From Isurus oxyrinchus (Eukaryota): a DNA stretch of 64,000 nucleotides. The position numbers were made by a program, and so were the translations under genes. Below the pieces are notes generated by a model. That model was not told where the DNA came from, ran no database searches, and was given only the letters and a program-made list of their open reading frames with translations. The DNA lies in assembly GCA_026770705.1 (NCBI GenBank), contig JANJGN010000034.1, positions 2,852,001-2,916,000 of the forward strand, read 5' to 3'. Each line of letters starts with the position of its first letter. Within the stretch, counting starts at the first letter, position 1. Shown here in pieces: positions 37,270 to 51,082 of this stretch.

Positions 37270-38345
37270 TGAGTCTTTTTCTGGTTGGCATGATGTGATG
37301 AGTGGTGTGCCACAGGGTAAGTTCTAGGACTTCGCTTATTTACAATTTTTATAAATAACATGGATGCAGCGGCTGAACGACTCTTGCTAAATATGCTAAT
37401 GTCACATTGAAATGTAGGAAAATAAATCGTGAAGAGAACAGAATGAGTCTACAAATGGACATAGTGAGGTTAAGTGAGGGGGCAAAGATCTCGGAAATTG
37501 AGTATAATGCGTGCAAATGTGAAATTGTTCTTTTTGGCAGGAAGAATAAACAACATAAGCTTATTCCCTAAATGGCAGGAGATTGCAATACTCTGTGATT
37601 CAGAGGAATATTGGTGTCCTAGTGCGAGAATCACAAAAGCTAGTAGCAGGTACAACAAGTAATTAGGAAAACTAATAGTATGTTGTGGTTTATGGGGAGG
37701 GGAATTCATTTAGAAAAGTACGGAGGATCTGCTTCAGTTATACAGGGCACAGGTGACACTGCCTCTGGAGTATTGTGGACGGCACTAGCGTCCTAATGAA
37801 GGAAAGATGTAAATATGTTAAGAAGCAGTTCAGGAAAGGTTTACTAGACTAATACCAGGAATGGGCGGGTTGACTTATGAGGAAAGGTTTACAGGTTAGG
37901 CTTGTATGCACTGGAATTTAGAAAAGTAAGGGGCGATCTAATTGAAACCTTAAAGATCCTGAGGGATCTTGACAGGGTGTATGGTTTGTGCTGAGAGGAT
38001 ATTTGCTCTTGTGGGAGTATCTAGGAATAGGGGTCACTGTTTCAAAATAATGGGTCGCTCATTTAAAACAGGCAGGGGGAGATTTCTTCTCTCGTAAAGA
38101 GTAGTGAATCGTTGGAACTGTCTTCATTAAAAGTCGGTAGAAACACAGTCTTTGAATATTTTTAAGGCAGAACTAGATTAATTCTTGATTGGAAAGGGCG
38201 TGAAAGGTTACCAGGGGTAAGCAGGAATGTGGGGTTGATGTTACAATCAGATCAGCCATGATCTTATTGAATGACGGAGCAAGCTCGAGAGGCAGACTGG
38301 CCTTCTCCCACTCCTAATTGGTATGTTCTCATGTAGGTTCGTATA
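37270..38345 (+). mobile_element. CR1 3' portion
   Basis: SGVPQG codons at about 37300, colinear with 1270-2290, 3' UTR gatcagccatgatcttattgaat. Confidence 0.9.
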
Positions 38346-38349
38346 AAAA

Positions 38350-38790
38350 AAAAGCATGCCGAAGCTTTTCACCTTTCCTTTATCAGGACACTTCACAAAA
38401 ATACCAGTATCAGGGGGAAACATAATTTACATGACATGTGAAGAGAGAACTGATTGGTGCAAGTGCACTTTGATTAGCAGAGGCATTGCCCCATGGAAAA
38501 TGCACTAGTGGTGATGACAGTTAACTGTCAAGCATTGTTTGAAATTTAAACCAGACAGCTTGACCCTGATTGGTCGGGGCATTGCCCTGTGGAATGAATC
38601 AGCGAATGGCTGTCAGTAATTGTGTTTAGCTGAAACAGGAGCAATGTGTGTACATATTCTTTCTGACTGCAAAGAGCAGGGCCCTGCATATTAATATGTG
38701 TTGCTTTCAGTCCACGCAAATATGCCAGACTGGGAGCCCGAGTGACAATCTTTAATTGGTTGTCAGTGTAATACTTAGTACATTATTTTA
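38350..38790 (-). mobile_element. Short non-coding element with degenerate hammerhead motif (Penelope-derived or retrozyme-like)
   Basis: Minus strand GUGUC-CUGAUAA-aggaaaggu-GAAA-AGCU-UC-GGCAU at 38356-38391. Confidence 0.55.
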
Positions 38791-39049
38791 TTTAGAAAAT
38801 TTTGTCCAATTGCGAAATCACACCTGATGTTGAGAACAGGGTGTTGAGTTTTGGAAGCACGGGCTGGCTGTGTATGGCTTGTGCCTTGCCGCTTGTGGAC
38901 AGCGGCTGGGTCATGCTGTTTGATACGTCCACCAGCTTTGGGGGCATCTGCCCGACATTCCTAGCATCACACTGGCACTGAAATTCAGACGTCACAATGA
39001 ACTGGCTGCCTATGAGTGGAGTGGAAGTGAAATCGACATCATTTCAAAA

Positions 39050-42000
39050 GAAATTTGGATGGCCACTGGTAATAAATAAATCTTCAGGACTACGGCGCAG
39101 GAGAGTGGGACTGATTATATTGTACTGCAGAAAGCCGGCCTATCAGCAGTGTGGAAGTGATTGTGGGTGGGCAGATGTTGAAAACGAAATACAGAAAATA
39201 GATACAATGTTTGAAAAGCTGTTGACAGAACGAATGAAAATGCAAATCCAAAATATAATTCAATGGACAGAATGGTCTCCTTCTGTGCCGGAAATGACTC
39301 CATGGCTCTCAGAAAACCATTACAGCCATAACATATCAAGGCTAACAATAGGTTCTGGGCTTCGTGTTCGAATCACATGGAAAATCCATAGTTTGGATGC
39401 AGACTTTAGTGGAAGTGATCATAACTGAGCTAGATTCGGGTTACTTATGGAACATTAGACAGGTAGACTGGGAATAAATCTCAACAATTGGGTAAAATTT
39501 GTTTTTGCTGAGATATCATTCAATTCCAGCGGAATGGAAATACGTACTTGGAAACAAACAATCTCCAGACCCGTAGTAGGCTTTCAAGCAAGAAACGCTG
39601 AGAGTTCGTAGCAAGCCTTTTCTCTCAAGGGAAAAACAATGCAAGGTACGGCTCACAAGCCCAGGGACATTGGATGTCAAGGAGATAAAATATAGAAATA
39701 GGAAAAGGAAGAAGGGACCTTACACTGCTTACGTAACTAGGAACAATATAGAACAAAAACAGAAGGAAGTTAGGGCGGAAAAACCAGGCAATTAATAGTA
39801 TTATGAAAGAAACTTAAGGAAAATCAACAGTTTTTGTTTTAAGTACTTAATAAAGCAAGGATATAACGAATAAGGTGCTGCTCAGCACCATATGTGTGTG
39901 TGGAGGTGGGTAATATTAGAATAATTCTTACTGAATGCGTTGCTTGTGCTCTCTTCACAAAAGAGAGGCTCAAAGCTGACATTGCAGTCCAGGAGGAGGA
40001 TTGTGAAGTATTAAATGATATTAACATATCGAGGTAGTAACTTTTAAACGTGATGACATCTTTCAACGTGGATAAATAGCCAAGGTAGGATGAAATACAT
40101 CCTAGACAGTTAAGGGACGCAAGCTAACGACTGATGAAGATTCTTATAATCGTTTTCCAAACGTCTCTGGCTACAGACGCGCTGCCACAGGCCGGGAGGG
40201 CAGATACATTTTTACCATTGTTTCAAATGGGACAAAAAGGATAAGGTAATTAATTGCAGACCAGTTAGCTACTCTCGGTGGTGGGACAATTATTGGAATG
40301 AATTCCTAGTGTTAGGGTAAACCTTCAATCAGAGAGGCACGGACCAATCAAAGACAGTAAGGACGATCTTGCTAAGGGACTTCATGTTGACTGACTTGCA
40401 TATCGTTTATCAGAATGATGAGGGGAACCAGTTTGAAGTACTCAATATGGGTTTTAGAAAGGGCCTCGATAAGGCACCACATAGCAAAACGTTTACAAAG
40501 TTACTGATTGGATTCAAATTTGGCTTAAAGAGGAAAGGATAAGTTAATGTTTGACGACATTTATGCGTTTCTTTTTTGACTGCCAGGCTGTGTACGGTGG
40601 TGTTCTGCAAATTACAGCCTTTAGTCACTTGTTCTTTGTAACATATTTCTATGATCTAGGCTAGAATTTATTGGAGGTGATTAAGCAGGTTGCCTTGGTT
40701 AAAACAAATTGTCACGCTGTTGATAGTTGAAGAAAAGTGCTTTAGACAGCGACAAGTGGACTGATCAGATGGACAGAAGACTGGCTAGTGTAGTTCAATA
40801 TGACGGCAGGTAAGTTTGCAGTAATGCATTTGGAAAAGGCTAACGAGGTAAGTGAAGATAGAATTAATTGTTGCGCCCGAGTTTGCCAAACCAATTCAGT
40901 TATTTGAAGGGGCTGCTCCTTAATTTTTGTTTGCACTTCATCTCCACAGTCCGGATTATTGGCCACCCGTTGCGGAGGTGGTGGTAATTGGGCGGGAGGG
41001 GGTGGCTCGGAGGGAGGATGACCTCCTCGTTAACCTCGTCCTGGGCCTGGCCGAGTGGGCATCAATAATTCCAGGCAGCGGTAATCCACGAGATTTTCCG
41101 ACCTTACTGTCTGTCTCTCTACTGCAGCATTGTTCACGGCCAGGTGACACTGGAGAGGAAGCACACAGTGTCTACCAGGACGCTTGAGGCCTTACCTGAC
41201 CGATGGGTGGCATGGGGCTGGGGCATGTCCTCAATCCCGGGAATCTTTTTTGGCTTAGTTAATTACATTTAAATTGATGCTTTGATTTTAGTTGCTGTGG
41301 CGCACCAGGGCTGCCATCCCCTCTGATTTATTATTTTTTGTTTAATTCATTGATTTTTGTTTTAGTAAGACTACCGTGAATGATTGGATACCATATTGCA
41401 GAAGAACAGAGGGACCTTCGAGTGTGGACAGGTAGGTAAGCTGGTCAAAAAAGCGTCGGAAATATTGGACTATATTCACCAAAATAATATGAAACTGTCA
41501 GGTTATGCTGAAATGCCTGAAGCACTAATTTAACCAGTGCTGATGTACTGTGTACTGTTCTCGTCTCCACACTGTACGAAAGGTACTGTTGCACTAAGGG
41601 TGGCCTGGCCGAGATTTAATTGGATTTTGCTTGAAATGGAGAATTTTAGACATGGCGAAGGAGTGGCTAGGCTTGGGTTGTCCACTTTGGGGTACAGGAG
41701 ACTGAGCCTAACTGAACTGCATGAAGCTATGAAGAGTAATGAAAGAGATTTCATAGACTTTTAGTAATTAGTAAGAGTTTAAGTTGCGATATAAGGACCT
41801 ATTTCACCCAAGTGGCAATCTGGAACGAAGGTAGAAATCCTCAAAATGTTAAAAAAAATATTCGTATATACGCTTTAATTCCCCCAACCTACGGACAAAG
41901 AGTTGGAAAGTAGGTGTAGGCTGAATGGTTACTTGTCAACTGATGCAGATATGATAGAGTGAATGGCATCCTTCCACATTGCGAATTTCCATAATTCTTT
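39050..42000 (+). mobile_element. Long decayed CR1 ORF2, interrupted by a Tx1 fragment
   Basis: Endonuclease and RT traces (gataaggcaccacat = DKAPH; gtaatgcatttggaa = VMHLE) and 3' UTR near 41950. Confidence 0.7.
40880..41365 (+). mobile_element. Tx1 (L1 clade) LINE 3' fragment
   Basis: YLKGLLLNFCLHF...IGHPLRR, DLLVNLVLGLA, VTLERKHTVSTRTLEALPDRW resemble the Tx1 ORF2 C-terminus; T-rich 3' UTR. Confidence 0.75.
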
Positions 42001-42878
42001 GATTACCTAAAACTTCCTGATTGGCATCCCAACCAGCACCTCATGCCTGCGCTCCATCAATCATATTCACAGTTTGCGTACAGTATGTGTCATTTACAAC
42101 ATGTACTGCAGTGCTTCACCATTCTTACATTGATGACATCGAATAATTTTTTGACATTTGCTGTCGAGGAAAAAAAGTACATCTGTTGCATAGCAATGCC
42201 ACTAATTCCAGGCCATTAACGTTAGGGAGTTGCTAATATATCACCGTTCTGTCATTGTCACTATGTGGAGCTCCCTTCCAAGCTGCACTCTGGAAGTACC
42301 TTCACTATTCTGAATGTAGTAGTTGAAAAATACATCATTCACTCCCCAGAGTCACGAGAGGTGGACAATGCCTAATTAATGATGTAAATAGCAGAGGACC
42401 CTCGAAATTTAAATACACGTTTTATGCCAGTTTCTGTTCAATCTAAATCGGGTTCATGAGTGACACTGTCCTCCTATTGTCTGCTCATACTCTCAGATAA
42501 CGTTCCTTTCCATTCACTCGTAGGTAATTATTTGGGTCCCCTTACGATGATATCTTTGCAACCTCTCAGCATGGTCTTGCATCCCACAGTCTAACCAACA
42601 TTGGAATGTCAGCAACTATTAGTTCCGTGGAAGCTGCGTTATTCCATCGAGTTACAGGGGTTGATTGTGACAATCAATCAACTGCTCAATTATCCTTGCC
42701 AGATTGGAATACAATAATGCTATGTGACAATTGTTCCTTTTCACCTAGAGCCTCCTATAGTATCAATACTGTAAAATTGCACAACCCTCTTTACGAGATG
42801 CACATTTACTCATACAGAGAGGTTGAAGTTAATCACATAACAGTTTATTTTACAATATCAACATATTATCAATGATAC

Positions 42879-42905
42879 CTTTATCTTTGTCGGCCAAGTT
42901 CATTT
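42879..42905 (-). CDS. Microexon 8 (27 nt): KMNLADKDK
   Basis: cattattgtttctattag|AA ATG AAC TTG GCC GAC AAA GAT AAA G|gtatca. Confidence 0.88.
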
Positions 42906-42961
42906 CTAATAGAAACAATAATGAGAACAATTAACTATTTTAATCACGGGGCAATTAATAA

Positions 42962-45790
42962 CACAAGAACAGAAGAAATTGGAGCAGGGTAGACCATATG
43001 GCCGGTCGAGACTGCTCAGTCACTCAATAAGTTCATGGCTGATATTGGGCCTCGACTCCATTTTATGCCCTCACCCCATAATCCTCAATTCCCTGTCCAT
43101 CTGTCCATCTGTCCTAGCCTCAAATTCATGCTACGATGGTCCATCTACAACCCTTTTGGGTAATGAATTCCAAAGATTCACAACGCTTTCACTGAAGTAA
43201 TATATCCTTATCTCAGCACTAATTGATCTACCCTTTATCCTGAGGCTGTTCCCCCTTGTTTTTATTTCCACAACAGCGGAAACAATTTATCAGCATCTAC
43301 CCTATCAAGTCCCTTCAGAATTTTGCAGTTTTCAATGAGATCGCCTCTCATTCTTCAAAACTCCAGAGAGCAGAAAATTAATTTCCTCAGCCTCTCGTCA
43401 TAGGGCAAGCTCCTCCTTCTTGAGGCCAATTTAGCGACCCTTCGCTTTGCCAGCTGCATTGCAGGTGTATCCTTAGTTAAATGTAGAGACCTGCATGTCA
43501 CACAGCACTCCAGAATTGGTCTCCCGAAAATTCTACAAAATTGTAGCAAACCTTTTCATTATTTTACTCCAGTCACCTTCATTGAAGGTCAGCATGCCAT
43601 ATGCATTCCTAATTGCTTGGTACACCTGCATGCTCACTTCCTGCGTTCCTTAAAAAAGCAGAGCCAAGTTTTTTTGAACATCAGCACTTACACGTTTCAC
43701 ACCATTGAAGCAAAACACTGCTCCTATAATCTTACGGCCAAATAGAATAATTTCACACTCCCCTCCATTGTACTTCATCTACCATCTTGTTGTCCAAATC
43801 ACAAACCTTTCAATACCTCTTTCAGCTGCTCTATGCCCTTCCCACAGTTTACCATACCACCTAGCTTGACATCACCAAAATACTTAGAGACGTTACATTC
43901 TGTCTCTGTATCTAAATGATTAATTTAAATTGTAAATATTTCAGGCCCCAGGACTGATTCTTGCGCACTCGACTATTCACTACCTGTAACTTGAAAAAAC
44001 CACAATCATACCCAAGCTCTGCTACGTCAATGTCTTTCTTTCTGAGATTGTGTTTTTAAATAGAATATCTCTTAGTTGAACTTTTAACTAATGTAACCAG
44101 GTGTCACTAATCTATCCTTGCTAAACTATTAATCCGATTTCCACGAGCTCCTATTTTGCCTATTAACTATTGGTGTTGCACCTTATCAATACCTTTTGGA
44201 AATCCACCTTCACTACGGCAACTTGTTCCCCTACATCCTACTTACTGGTTTCATGCCCAAAACATTCTAAAACATTTTTCCAAACAGATTTCGCTTAGTA
44301 AATCCACGTTGACTTACTCTAAACATACTATGATCTCCTACGTGCATTTTAAAGACCTCCTTCATGATAGATTCCAGCATTTTCCGAAGAACTTATTTTA
44401 GGCTCAGCGATCTGCAATTTATTGTTTCTCACTTCCCCTTTCTTTGAAAGCTGTGTTAGAACTTCCAACTTCCAAATTAAAGCAGCCATTACCGAATCAA
44501 AGGAATTTTGTAAAATCGTGGGTAACATATTCATAATTTCTCCAACCATCTCTTTTAGGACCCTAAGGCATAGGCTGTAAGATCACTGGGATTTGTCAGA
44601 TTTTAGTCCCTAAAATTTCTCAAGTACTTTTTATCGGCTCATTTTCCTTAATTTCCTCACTCTCTTTAGCCTCTTAGCTGCTGCCTATTTCTAATATGAA
44701 ACGCAAGCCTTTTCCTGTGAATACAGATACAAATTATTTGTTCAGTTCCCTTGCAATTTCCTCATGACTCACCCCGATCGCGCACCCCTCATGAAAATTT
44801 CTCCTGTTTCTGCTTCTAAGGAACCAACGTTTACTCTAGCTACTCTTTTCCTTTTGATATACTTATCAAAATTCTTTCAATCTAATTTTATATTTTTGGG
44901 CTATTTCCCTCTCATATTCTACTTTTTCTCTTTTTACCAACATTTTAATGTCCGTTTGCTGGTTTCTGAAACAATGCTAATACTCAGACTTACGACTGCT
45001 TTTTTTCTCTTTATTTTTCCAATGCTAGCTTTCTGATTGAACCACGGATGGGTCTTTCTTTCTGATATTTTGTTTTTTAATTGAATATTTTTCAGTTGAA
45101 TCTTTGACTTGCTTATTTCAATATTTTTCACTCTTCATTATTCTCCATAAATTTTAGTCTATTTTCCAATTAACAATAGTCAGTATTTCCCACGTAACAA
45201 TGAAATTGGAGTTGATAACTTTACGATTCTCTTTTGTGATTTGAGTACATCACCTTCAATCTTCACAAGGAATAGAATTGTGTTATGATTGCTATTTCCC
45301 AATGGAGCAATTACAATGGCAATATTAATTAACCATCCTTCATTACACGATACATTTGCTAAGAAAGCTTTATCCCGAGTCATATTCACAGTGTTTCTTT
45401 TCCACGAAGCTGTCATGGGATCATTCTACATCTTCTAGACCATTTTTTTGCCAATTGAATTGCCCCAGTCGATATGGAGATTGAAGCCCTCTGCAAGTAT
45501 TACGCTCCCGTTGTAACAATTTCCAAAAAAATTCTGCCCCAACCATATAACGACTGTTAGGGTATTTATAAAGTACTCCCACCAACGTTTTATGGCTCTT
45601 TATAATTCCTAATTTCCAAACATACTATTTTGACTTCATGGTCTTTGGAGGCTGGACCCTTTCTTATGAGTAACCTTATTTCATCCTTTGCTATAAGAAC
45701 TACCACTCCTCGTTTTCTATTTTCTCTGTCCTTCCAAAATATCGTGTACCTGGAATATTCATTTCATATTTTTGATCACCTTGTAACCAT
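42962..45790 (-). mobile_element. Long decayed CR1 ORF2 with 3' tail
   Basis: GRPILECC...YDERLRKL, ILQNSFDS, LGNSNHNTI motifs; 3' tail at about 42965. Confidence 0.85.
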
Positions 45791-46404
45791 GCCTCAAGAA
45801 AATGGCATTCATAACCGAAGCACTACTCCCATGAATGCTGAAAATAAAGTCACTTGTTGCCACATTTGACTGAGAGCTGAATACTGGTTTAGCAGAATAT
45901 TTTCTTAACATGGCCGACATTGACAACTAGGAACGTAACAACTTCCATTTATATAATGTTCAGGTGAAGGAAAGGAAGGCAGGTTTGACATCTTCATTCC
46001 CCGCATTAATCTGGAGCAATTGCTGATTTGTGAAGAAGTTAAGGGAAAGGTTTTGAAGCTTCCCAGCCATTTTCACCATAGCACTCATTTTAGTCCATTC
46101 AGAGAGACAATGATAAGCGAACGGTACCTGATTGGACTTATGAGGGCTAATCAGGTGGAGACTAATTCATTATCTTAATATTGTCATAGTCTTAGGCTTT
46201 CAGGTGAATAATCAATCAGTGCGCACTGGTGCTTTTAATGATTTTAATCGAAGACCTCCACCAAAGACAGAGCAAAAATTCTATGTCCAATCTTCTAACC
46301 TCGATGGAAAAAAGCCCTTTACATGATAAAACTAATTTTGTAACCACAATGCCGTTGACACTAAGTTAATACTTAGACGTAATTTTCAGTCTTCTTATGA
46401 GGAA

Positions 46405-46540
46405 GTTCTGTTCTGAAGATGTCATATTCGGCTCGAAACATTAACTCTGTCTCTCCCTTGACAGTTGCAAACAGACCTATTGAGTATTTCCAACGCCTTC
46501 TGTTTTTACTTCAGATTTGCAGCATCCACAGTATTTCACT
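46405..46540 (+). mobile_element. Penelope-type pLTR fragment with decayed hammerhead
   Basis: ttctgaagatgtcatattcggctcgaaacattaactctg resembles 18600-18640. Confidence 0.7.
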
Positions 46541-48299
46541 ACAATAAAAATTGAGTTGTGGTTTTACTTCGATAAAAGTGTGTTATGGGCAATTAGGGAG
46601 CTTGTACTCCAAATAATGTAAGATCAGTTTTTATATAAATGGCAGTTTGCAATATCCATTTGGATTTGTAAATGCCAAAATGCTCAGCTCATAAAAGGCA
46701 TCTGGGCCCTTTTCTCCTGCGAGCACAGCTTGGTAATGCTGGTTGACACAATAGGAAAAAAAACAGATTGCATAAGCACTTTGCACACTTGTTGCCGGTT
46801 CTGGGATAAAAGGCATGCATGTGGCAACTGCCCACTCTGGGGCAGCCTTGCGAAGATCAGCAGTGCGGGAGCCCATTCCCTTAACAGATCTGGAGCTGTT
46901 CCATTCCATGGAGATGCTGAAGTTTCCACCCGTTGAAAAAGGCATGATGTGGTCACCGTCCCCAGGATGTGGATCTTTGCACATGTCCATTTGCTGCGCG
47001 CCCAGGGGAACCAAAATCCCGCACACAACTCTGCAGAGATGGAGCAGTTGCCTAAGTTCGGATTTGCCTAAGTAATCTGGACCAAGCATTCACAGAACCA
47101 CAAGGGCACCTGTGTTTTTTTTTTCTGCAATTCCCACAAGCGGGTATTCAGTATTGTTGCAAATTTCGTTACTGGTTGCAGGCACATCGACAACAGGGGC
47201 TACTTGGCTCTTGGATGATCGTGTGGTGGAGATTAGTTGGCACCTCGACTATGGGAATTGTACCTGATGTTGCTGGTTTTTGGTTAATATCTGCTGGCTG
47301 CTGAAATAAATATCCACTGGATGATATGGGGTCAGAGGAGGCTGCTGTTACTTATTGGCCGAGAAAAGAGATTAATCAAATATCCTGCTCTTCAGTATAG
47401 TGCCCTTAAATCATGTACATCTGCTTAAGGCAGAAGTCACGGCCCTGGATTAATGACCCATCTAAAGGCAGGACATCTCACAGTGCAGTATTCCATTAAT
47501 AATGCACGGGGTGGAAAAGTATCTCTTCCTTTCCAGGATCATTAGTTGGAGCTGATGTCACAACCCACTGATGCATAAGCGAGTGCTCGGCCAACTGGCT
47601 GCTACCAACTCAGTCACATCCAACTGTACCTATAAATGGGAGCATAACATTACAAAGATACAACACGTTAGTGAATTAGTGTAATGTGGCAGATGGATTT
47701 CAGTTCAGGCAAGAGTAAGTTCACCTAGTTGGATGTAAAGGGCGGGTGGAACAGTGTACTAGCTGATGGTAAAAAAAAAATGAGAAATGTAATTTTAAAC
47801 CCATAGGTTTGCTTGACCTAAGGTAAATATAGTTCAGCAAACAATGTGGTGCATGGGACTTGCTGTGAATTCAGACCCGGGCCGTAGGCCTTTTCATGTT
47901 GTCTTCTTTACAGTGGGTAAAATTGGAAGATCAGCCCGGCGTGTGCTGGAATCATCAACCCTAGAAGTAACAAACACACGAATGAGGAGCTCAGTAAAAG
48001 ATGAGCTGAGGCCTGGAAGACGCCATTTAATGCTACACAGGAAAATAAAGCCAGTATTATTGTTGGAAAAAATGTTCAGAAGCTCATCTCTGGGTCAAAT
48101 GAGACACTACGGCTGGAAACCATTTGGTATATTCTAGGACACTTGTGTCAGAGCAGGATGGAGTCAGCAGTGGGGGAACGGAGCTTGCCACAGGGACGGA
48201 GTCTTCTGTCTTCCCAATATGTAACTGATGGGGTAAAGGGCTACTCAACTTTCTCCTATAAATCATGAATAAGCGGGTTTATTAGCACCTTAAAATAAG

Positions 48300-48725
48300 G
48301 GCTTTCATATGTCAAGCGCCTTTTACTAACGCCAGAGGTCCTGAAGTGTTGAACAGCCAATTAAGTGCTTTGCATTATAGACACAAATATGGTTGGAAAC
48401 ATGGCAACCAATTTACAACCAGATCCAACACAACAACGATCTGATACTGAACAGATAATCGGTTATCTGAGGGATAAATATGAGCCTCTACATGGGTTTA
48501 ACTCCACGGGTATTTTTCCAAATAGCTCCATCGGATGTTTACATATGTTAAGAAGACATTCAACGTCTGGGTTGATTGTGTGATACAAATGATGGCATCT
48601 CTGATAGTGCAGGCGCCCCTCGGGTGCCTGCCATAATCTCTTTGTGCTTAGCTCTCTGGAGCGGAATTTGAATCATCAGCCTATTCATTCAGCCGATTGC
48701 ACTAACATTGGAGCCACAACTGATA
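48300..48725 (-). mobile_element. tRNA-headed SINE with Deu-like core and L2-like tail
   Basis: Reverse complement is colinear with 62810-63245. Confidence 0.55.
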
Positions 48726-48820
48726 CAAGAATACTCATCATAGATGAAACCTGCTGAGTAATATATTAATTTAACAAATAAAGAATTGAAATGAATACAC
48801 CATTCAAATATTGCTCTCAC

Positions 48821-48856
48821 TTAGATCCTTGCAATCCCTGTTGAGTCTGTCTATTT
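48821..48856 (-). CDS. Microexon 7 (36 nt): EIDRLNRDCKDL
   Basis: ctactctttgttttcag|AA ATA GAC AGA CTC AAC AGG GAT TGC AAG GAT CTA A|gtgaga. Confidence 0.86.
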
Positions 48857-50299
48857 CTGAAAACAAAGAGTAGAAAGATCTTACAACTCTAAGAAATATG
48901 CAACAGCGTTAACTGCGTGCAACTCTAACTGAGCATGCTAACAGTCTCAGTAGCCCATTCTACTCTAACATCTCTCTCTAGATTGACAGAGAAGTTGCCA
49001 GCCTAACGGTTGGATTATATGACTGCTGTATTAGTTAACACAACTGACACTCACTGGCAATACAGAGATAAGACCCACTGTGGCACACTTTGACTTAGTG
49101 TGATTGTTTATAATCAGTGACATGGCAGTGATTTTACATTGGTGAACCTGTCTTTCGACGAGAATCAGCACAGTGATAAACCAGCTTCCATCTCAATCTC
49201 ACTGATTGTTTGGAAACATTATTGGAATGTAACCCGAACATTCAATTTTCAGGGATTTGCCAGCTGAACTTCAGGGTTTTGCCAATGTTGGTATTTAACC
49301 ATCCAGGATTGCTGCCTTAATCGATTCAAGGGGCTTTGCTTATTCTGGCGCACTGGAACCCTGGTTCTTCTCAATGTGATTCAACTGTAGAGCAACGAGT
49401 TGACTTTCCTCAGTTATTCCTTATTGTCGTGAAATCTGATGGAATCTAGCAGGTGAGAGTTTCCTGTGCTTTTCTTTCATTGCTCTATCTAGCATATCCC
49501 TCACACTCACCACACCACCCCCCCCCCCCCCCCCCCCCTCACCACCCGCCCCACCACAAGCCCGGACTTAATGCTGGAATATAGAATCGCCCACGCCTTG
49601 CATTACCTCCAGGAATTTTAATCTCTATTGTTTGGGATTCATATTAATTGGAACATTTTGCTTATCAGTGTGCAGCAGGCTAAACTGAAAGCCTTCTTCA
49701 GCACGAGGGACATAGGACCACCTTCCAGCCCCTTCACCCGTTAAATTAGTTTTAAAATAAACGGGATTTTTACAATGCCTAAACGCATTAAAATTGTGAT
49801 CCTAACTGATATTGCATATTAGCAATAATTCGACCTCCATTAGACAAATTTCAATCGATAACGATCTTATGCAGCTCTCCTTGAGTAGGAGTTGGTTCAG
49901 GGTTACAGAATCATCCTACCCTTGCTTGAAGACATACTCCTGGCTTCAAAGCTGAATTACCTCAAGCGGATGTGAAGAATGTTACACTTTATTTTGGACT
50001 CTATCAGCAGAGTTAATAATTGTATTTCATTAATATTGCCAGCTTTTATGAGCACTTATCTTGAGGCAGAGTCTGAAGTGACGGTAGCAGCTGTCTGGAG
50101 AAAATCCGAATTTGCCAAAAAACAAACAGACCATGTAAGCAAAGTAAAGTCACGAGGTGGCTGGTTGGTGAATCTTGTTTTGCTTTGGGACTGAGTCTAA
50201 ATAGCTGAGAGTTAAACAAGAAAAACATGTTAGAAATGTTCAATGTTATTACCAAGGAGCCAAGTGAGAGTCTGGTAGGCCTTGGCTTTTTAATTGTTT

Positions 50300-50580
50300 T
50301 TTATTCATTCATGGGGTGTGGGCATCGCTGGCTGCGTCAGCATTTATTGCCGATCCCTAATTGTCCCTTGAGAAGGTGGTGGTGAGCTGCCTTCCTGAAC
50401 CGCTGCAGTCCATGTGATGTAGGATTAGGGAGGGAGTTCCAGGATTTTGGCCCAGCGGCAGTGAAGCAACGCCGAGATAATTCCAAATTCGGTTGATGAT
50501 TGGCTTGGAGGAGAACTTTCAGGTGCTCTTATTCCCATGTGTTTGATGCCCTTGCCATTCCAGATGGTAACGGTAGTAAG
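50300..50580 (-). mobile_element. 3' end of a second CR1-like LINE family
   Basis: ttattcattcatggggtgtgggcatcgctggc...ccctaattgtcccttgagaagg; related copies near 55410 and 57755. Confidence 0.75.
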
Positions 50581-50609
50581 GTGAATTCCATATAAGTAGA
50601 GCTAATCAA

Positions 50610-50724
50610 CATTAGTAACGTTTATTAATAGTGTTATTGTTTATTGGCAAATGTAAAGGTTTATTATCATTAGTAATGTTTATCAGCATTGCTAAGGTTT
50701 ATTTATAGTGGTAAATATTATTGG
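50610..50724 (+). repeat. 19-bp AT-rich minisatellite, 6 imperfect copies
   Basis: cattagtaacgtttattaa / tagtgttattgtttattgg / caaatgtaaaggtttattat / cattagtaatgtttatcag / cattgctaaggtttattta / tagtggtaaatattattgg. Confidence 0.75.
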
Positions 50725-51082
50725 TGGTGCAATATCACCATATTCTTTGTGATCATTGGTGTCTAGAAAGCTATCAACCTGCCTCCTGAGCTTTCTCAAA
50801 GACTGAGCCTTCACAGTTCATTGCAATAGCGACTTGGAAATATTCACTGTCTTCTGATCTCAGCCCTAACTAGATTGCCCATTATTCTGAGACTGTGTCT
50901 CCTGGTTCTAAACCCTAAAGCTTCCCAGCTGAGGAAACCACCCTTCCGAAAACAGGAATAACAAGTACCTTTGATGATTCAAAAATATAGAGGCAACTTT
51001 ATACAAGAATTTATTTATAAGTGCAAAGGGAATTAAAGGATACAAGTGCATCACATAAAATGTCACACATCGATAGCCTTAC

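Noticed and set aside
50610-50724. Periodic repeat considered as a CRISPR-like array
   Set aside because: Head-to-tail imperfect 19-mers without spacers, in eukaryotic DNA.
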